The position numbers and the translations under genes are program-made. A DNA stretch of 64,000 nt. It comes from an uncultured delta proteobacterium. GTDB taxonomy: Bacteria; Desulfobacterota; Desulfobacteria; Desulfobacterales; B30-G6. Positions 59,304 through 64,000 of the stretch are shown piece after piece (within the stretch, counting starts at the first letter, position 1; the number at the start of each line of letters is the position of its first letter). The notes beneath the pieces are model-generated. The model was not told the origin of the DNA, made no database searches, and was given only the letters and a program-made list of their open reading frames with translations. The stretch spans positions 288,001 to 352,000 of the forward strand of contig CAWGLD010000005.1 in assembly GCA_963823335.1 (NCBI GenBank), written 5' to 3'.

Positions 59304-60092
59304 ATGAAGGATAAAAAAGCTGCAATCATCGCTGTGGCTAACGAAAAAGGAGGTGTCGGGAAAACAGTGACGGCCATTAATCTTGCGGCAGCCTTGTCGT
59401 TGAAGGGAAAAGCGGTCCTGGTGGTAGACATGGATCCCCAGGCCAACGCAACCCGCGGTTTGGGAATTGGTATGGATGCAATACGCAAAACAGCCTATGA
59501 CATGCTGTGTCAACCTGAATCTGTCGCTGCCGAAGATGCTGTTGTTAAGACAAAATGGGAAGGGCTGGACCTGATTCCTTCCCATGTCGATCTGGCGGGG
59601 GCAGAAGTCGAACTGGTTGACGTAGTAGGCCGTGAAAACAGACTGAAGCAGGCCATCGAACCCATACGGAAAGCCTATGATATCATGATCGTGGACACGC
59701 CCCCAAGCCTGTCGCTGTTGACGGTAAACGTGTTTGCTTGCGCCGGGTCCGTGATCGTACCTTGTCAGACCCACCCGTATGCTTTTGATGCCCTGGCGGA
59801 GCTTTTCGACACCATCGGTGCGGTCCAACGTGAAATTAATACTGATCTGAAGGTCTCGGGAATTCTCGCCACTATGTTTGACCAGCGGACACGCGTAAGC
59901 CACAACACATTGACCAGACTTCGGAGCGACCCTCGCACAAAAGAATACATGTATCGCACCGTCATCCGTTCAAACACCACCATTGCCGATTCCGCCGAAG
60001 TAGGAAAGCCCGTGGTGTTCTACCGGACCACTTCCTTTGGTGCCCTTGATTACAAGGTGTTTGCCGATGAATTTATAAGAAGTGTCAAATGA
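59304..60092 (+). CDS. ParA/Soj family ATPase
   Basis: NEKGGVGKT, DMDPQANAT, DTPPSL; RBS gaggagg. Confidence 0.93.
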   Translation: MKDKKAAIIAVANEKGGVGKTVTAINLAAALSLKGKAVLVVDMDPQANATRGLGIGMDAIRKTAYDMLCQPESVAAEDAVVKTKWEGLDLIPSHVDLAGAEVELVDVVGRENRLKQAIEPIRKAYDIMIVDTPPSLSLLTVNVFACAGSVIVPCQTHPYAFDALAELFDTIGAVQREINTDLKVSGILATMFDQRTRVSHNTLTRLRSDPRTKEYMYRTVIRSNTTIADSAEVGKPVVFYRTTSFGALDYKVFADEFIRSVK

Positions 60093-60105
60093 TCCAAAAT
60101 TAACG

Positions 60106-60325
60106 ATGAACGTCCAACATCCAACGCTGAACATCGAACATCGAATGAAAACAAATAGGAAAGACTACCCCTGCAACAAGACTTGTCGGCGAACTCCTTT
60201 CGGTCTGAGCTCAAGGTCAATAAGTTGAGTCGCTACGGGAAATGTGTTCGCTATTGCTGTTTAATACCAACGTCTGTTTCTTCATTTTTCAAATTCATCA
60301 TTCGATGTTCGATGTTCATTCGTTT
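60106..60325. repeat. Element bounded by inverted aacatcg heptamer arrays
   Basis: tgaacatcgaacatcgaatga (60128-60148) is the perfect reverse complement of 60298-60318. Confidence 0.8.
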
Positions 60326-60400
60326 TTAGACACTTATAGACGATAGATCAAAATTATTCCATTCAGGGAGAAGCCAGGACTAGACCCCTTCAGCCTATAT

Positions 60401-60964
60401 CTAGGCTTGCTCTGCCGGACCAAATGAACGCACAAAAAGATCGTAAAGGGCCTTTTGGCCGTCCTCTGAAAGAAAGCGGGTTCCAGTGCCGGCAAACGTG
60501 TTTGAAGTAATAACCGGTGTGTTTTCAACCCATTGGCTTCTCTCCCAGGAAAACCAGCCCTTTCGCTCTTGATCATAGACGCTCAACGGCCGGTTAAATA
60601 GTTTGGCTAATTCAACCCCCCAGCCGGTGCCCCCCTTGACAGTGTTGTCAGCCTGTATCCAGCCGACGGCAATGACATGGTAGCCGCTATTGACCATGTG
60701 AAAAAGAGACTGGATGACTTTTCGGATTTTATTCGTGCGGGAGTAAGTTCGATTCATACGCTTGGATACGATTTCCATGCTGACATCGCCCTTTTCAAGC
60801 TCTTCAGGGTTCAATACCCGAACACCACGGTTACGCTCGGTATTGTGGCCTTCAAACGATATCGTTACCTCTTTCATGTTCCAGGCCTCGGCAAGTTTTC
60901 CGAATTCCGCCTCAGCTCCCTTGTGGCCGCCACTGTAAAGTGTGATTTTTGAAATGTCTGTCAT
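60401..60964 (-). CDS. Conserved hypothetical protein, SLOG/nucleotide-binding-like
   Basis: LYSGGHKGAE, GGTGWGVELAK, FAGTGTR; 10 bp after copA. Confidence 0.75.
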   Translation of the reverse strand: MTDISKITLYSGGHKGAEAEFGKLAEAWNMKEVTISFEGHNTERNRGVRVLNPEELEKGDVSMEIVSKRMNRTYSRTNKIRKVIQSLFHMVNSGYHVIAVGWIQADNTVKGGTGWGVELAKLFNRPLSVYDQERKGWFSWERSQWVENTPVITSNTFAGTGTRFLSEDGQKALYDLFVRSFGPAEQA

Positions 60965-60974
60965 TTTTATTCTC

Positions 60975-63431
60975 CTATTTGATTTTTGTTCTATACAGTC
61001 TCAGGCTGTTCGTGACAACCGTGACACTACTGACGGACATGGCCAGCGCGGCCATGATGGGGTGCAATTCTCGCAGAAAACCAGGCGCGGCCTGAAACGG
61101 ATAGAGGATACCGGCGGCAATGGGTATCAAAGCGAGGTTATAGAAAAAGGCCCAGAACAGGTTCTGGCGGATAGTTCGCATGGTGGACCTGCTGAGATGT
61201 ATGGCCCGGGACACACCAATGAGACTGTTGCCGGAGAGGATAATACCGGCGGTTTCTATGGCAACGTCCGTACCGCTGCCGATGGCCATACCCACATTTG
61301 CAGTGGCCAGGGCAGGGGCATCATTGATACCGTCTCCCACCATGCCGACTTTGTGACCCTTGGCCTGAATCATTTCTACGGTGGATGCTTTTTCATCGGG
61401 TCGTACTTCCGCATAGACATTATGGATCCCGCATTGGGATGCAATCACCTCTGCCGTCTGTTGGTTGTCACCGGTAAGCATGCCCACGTCGATGTGCATA
61501 TCCTGCAACGTTTTAATGGCTGTCCTGGATTCGGATTTGATGGTGTCGGCAACGCTAATGAGGCCGTAAATCTTCTGGTCGGCGACCACAACCATGACGG
61601 TTTTCCCCTCGGACTGCAGGGTCTGGATCGTGTCGGACGATGCTGCCAGATCCATTGACACCGCAGTATTTTGATTGAGAAACCATTTGGGTTTACCGAC
61701 CTTGACCATTTTCCCGTCGATGTCGGCTTCAACACCCAGACCACCGGATGCCTTGAAGTTTTCAGGTGACGAAAGTTCAATGGATCGATTTCCAGCTTCC
61801 TTTACGATCGCTTTTCCCAGGGGGTGCTCAGAGCCTTTTTCTACCGATGCCGCGAGCCTGAGCAACGCATCTGCTGTCTTGCACATGGGTTCGAAAGGCA
61901 GCACATCAACCACGGACGGCTTGCCCATGGTAATGGTGCCGGTCTTGTCCAGAAGAATGGTGTCAAGGCTGGATGCAGTCTCCAGGGCTGCACTGTCCTT
62001 GAACAGGATATTGTTTTCAGCACCTTTACCGGTTCCCGCCATGATGGCTGTCGGCGTAGCCAGACCGAGAGCACAGGGGCAGGCAATCACCAGCACGGCC
62101 ACCATGCGGATCATGGCCGGCACGAATTCGCCGCCTGCCCACCACCAGAGAAAAAAGACCAGAAAAGCGATGATGATAATGGTCGGGACAAAGATGGCGG
62201 CCACCTTGTCAGCCAATGCCTGAATAGGTGCTTTGCTTCCTTGGGCCTCCTGCACCAGTTTGATGATCTGAGCCAAAGCGGTTTCCTTGCCCACGCGGGT
62301 TGCTGAAAATTGCAGCATGCCCTGACCATTGATGGTGCCGCCAATGACGGTGTCTCCGATCTTTTTATCCACCGGCAAGGGTTCTCCGCTCAACATGGAT
62401 TCATCTACGGCTGAAGCTCCTGAATGGATGGTACCGTCCACCGGTATTCGTTCCCCCGGGCGAACCACGACGATATCATCTTTTTTTACGAGCGTCAGAG
62501 GGACCTCTTTTTCAGTGCCGTCTTCAATGATGGTGGCGGTCTTGGGTCTGAGCCCCATGAGTTTGCGGATAGCGCCGCCGGTTTTCCCTTTGGTCCGGGA
62601 CTCAAGCAGTTTGCCCAGTTTAATGAGGGTGATGATGACGGCCGATGTTTCGAAGTAGACATGATTCCCCAGAGAGGAAAACAGAAGCAGAGCCAGTGAA
62701 TACACATAGGCCACCGAAGACCCCATGGCTACCAGAACATCCATGTTGGCGCTCTTGTTTTTAAGGCTCTTGAAGCCCCCCACGTAGTAGTCCCAGCCGG
62801 TATAAAACTGCACCGGCGTGGCCAGGGCCAGGAAAAGCCAGTTGACCCAGGTTGCATGACTCCAGGGTCCTGTCAGATGGAAATCCCTGGCCATGCTGAG
62901 GAGAAAAAGAGGCAGGGTGAAGATCACACCGATGAGAAATTTACGGGTCTGGTTTTGGATTTCCGCATTTCGGGCAGCTTGCTCTGCGTCTTCTTCCCCG
63001 GTATCTTCGGGAGGAATGACACCATAGCCGGCGTTGGTTACCGCAGCATAGATGTCATCCGGCGTGGTGATTCCCGGTATGTATTCCACAAACGCTCGAT
63101 CGGTGGCCAGATTGACGGAAGCCTTGGTAACACCCTGGACCTTTTTGTTTAGAGCGCGTTCGATATTGGCCGAACAGTTGGCGCATGTCATGCCCGTGAC
63201 CGGGAAATCGATGTCAGCCCTGGGGACTGAAAATCCTATACTATGTATCTTGGATAGAATCTCTTGGAGATCGACCTGTTTGGGGTCGAACTGAACCGAG
63301 GCATGCTCCGATGCAAAATTGACGCTAACACCATCCACACCATTCAGCTTGGCCACGTTGCGCTCGATATTCATGGCACAGTTGGCGCATGTCATGCCGG
63401 TGATGGGAAGTATTAGTTTTAATGTACTCAT
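60975..63431 (-). CDS. copA: Cu(I)-translocating P1B ATPase
   Basis: Two GMTCANC HMA domains, [29 protein letters not shown] and MxxSS. Confidence 0.95.
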   Translation of the reverse strand: MSTLKLILPITGMTCANCAMNIERNVAKLNGVDGVSVNFASEHASVQFDPKQVDLQEILSKIHSIGFSVPRADIDFPVTGMTCANCSANIERALNKKVQGVTKASVNLATDRAFVEYIPGITTPDDIYAAVTNAGYGVIPPEDTGEEDAEQAARNAEIQNQTRKFLIGVIFTLPLFLLSMARDFHLTGPWSHATWVNWLFLALATPVQFYTGWDYYVGGFKSLKNKSANMDVLVAMGSSVAYVYSLALLLFSSLGNHVYFETSAVIITLIKLGKLLESRTKGKTGGAIRKLMGLRPKTATIIEDGTEKEVPLTLVKKDDIVVVRPGERIPVDGTIHSGASAVDESMLSGEPLPVDKKIGDTVIGGTINGQGMLQFSATRVGKETALAQIIKLVQEAQGSKAPIQALADKVAAIFVPTIIIIAFLVFFLWWWAGGEFVPAMIRMVAVLVIACPCALGLATPTAIMAGTGKGAENNILFKDSAALETASSLDTILLDKTGTITMGKPSVVDVLPFEPMCKTADALLRLAASVEKGSEHPLGKAIVKEAGNRSIELSSPENFKASGGLGVEADIDGKMVKVGKPKWFLNQNTAVSMDLAASSDTIQTLQSEGKTVMVVVADQKIYGLISVADTIKSESRTAIKTLQDMHIDVGMLTGDNQQTAEVIASQCGIHNVYAEVRPDEKASTVEMIQAKGHKVGMVGDGINDAPALATANVGMAIGSGTDVAIETAGIILSGNSLIGVSRAIHLSRSTMRTIRQNLFWAFFYNLALIPIAAGILYPFQAAPGFLRELHPIMAALAMSVSSVTVVTNSLRLYRTKIK

Positions 63432-63476
63432 TTAATTCAGCCTTTGGGGAAAACGATCATGCACCAATTATAACTG

Positions 63477-64000
63477 TTAGCTACTCTCGAACCCTTGTAT
63501 CCCCCTCGAACCCTTGGCTCTTTCTATTATAAACCAGGGATTGAGCAGATTCTCTTTGTTGTAGGTGAGTGTATTTCCTGATTCGTATTCATAAATCCGG
63601 GCACCGGCACAGGAAGCGACAGCATGTCCTGCTGCCGTGTCCCATTCCATGGTAGGCGCTAATCTGGGATAAATATCTGCTCGACCTTCCGCCACAAGGC
63701 AAATTTTCAATGAACTGCCGGCCGGGATAAAATCAACCTCTCTGAAGAGCTCCCTTTTATCTGCTACGAACTTCTCCAGATCGGGTGTTGCATGCGAACG
63801 GCTTCCCACGATGGTGTAGGGTCTTTCCTTCTGGTCGACCAGCGGGAGCTGCCGGGCATTTTTCAAAATATCTTTCAGGGTGATGCGGTCGGTTTTTATT
63901 CCATTCTGATATTCGTGGATAGTTTCCGGATCAGATATTTTATAGGCACCCCGGTCCTGCATGGCAAAATAAAGCAGATCCCTGTCAGGTGCATAAACGA
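63477..64000 (-). CDS. cysQ: 3'(2'),5'-bisphosphate nucleotidase, 5'-partial
   Basis: VYAP, SRSH, GSSLK.CLVAEG.ADIYPR..PT.EWDTAAG, YNKE.LLNPWF. Confidence 0.93.
   Translation of the reverse strand, partial: VYAPDRDLLYFAMQDRGAYKISDPETIHEYQNGIKTDRITLKDILKNARQLPLVDQKERPYTIVGSRSHATPDLEKFVADKRELFREVDFIPAGSSLKICLVAEGRADIYPRLAPTMEWDTAAGHAVASCAGARIYEYESGNTLTYNKENLLNPWFIIERAKGSRGIQGFESS
63479..63516. repeat. Copy of dispersed 3'-end repeat translated as the CysQ C-terminus
   Basis: agctactctcgaacccttgtatccccctcgaacccttg; encodes KGSRGIQGFESS. Confidence 0.8.

Noticed and set aside
5416-60325. Short repeat arrays as CRISPR
   Set aside because: Units are 7-9 nt and degenerate, with no regular unique spacers and no cas genes.
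245-63294. Many antisense and alternate-frame ORFs (e.g. 12868-13662, 44534-45328, 60942-61658)
   Set aside because: They shadow well-supported genes and have no motifs of their own.

Overview
Bacterial chromosome window of roughly 48% GC by eye. Protein types and intergenic repeat families suggest a Desulfobacterales-like deltaproteobacterium (inference). The flanks hold housekeeping and ordinary accessory genes: molybdopterin oxidoreductase subunit, larB, guaA, efp, GAF/HD-GYP, CNNM/CBS transporter, MrfA-MrfB-like helicase-exonuclease fusion, M24 peptidase plus dppABCDF, queEC, exbBD-tonB, kinases, a MarR-RND-TolC efflux operon, algH, dynamin-like GTPase plus ParA, copA and cysQ. The centre (about 19.4-32.4 kb) is a field of deletion scars and in-frame chimeras around a methylamine/betaine-type cluster. 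Three signals are missing from the ORF track. (i) A remnant of a pyrrolysine-type trimethylamine methyltransferase with its in-frame amber codon (AGG-TAG-ADSK) heads an operon with a GcvT-family dehydrogenase, GntR and a Pyl-free MttB. (ii) A group II intron domain-I remnant. (iii) A 52-aa four-cysteine protein. Also notable are an intact uncharacterised ~420-aa protein between a truncated panB and a truncated aminotransferase, a DxDxDG-repeat protein ahead of exbBD-tonB, and several families of miniature repeats. No rRNA, tRNA, CRISPR array or intact transposase was seen. All family calls are by motif recognition; no searches were run.
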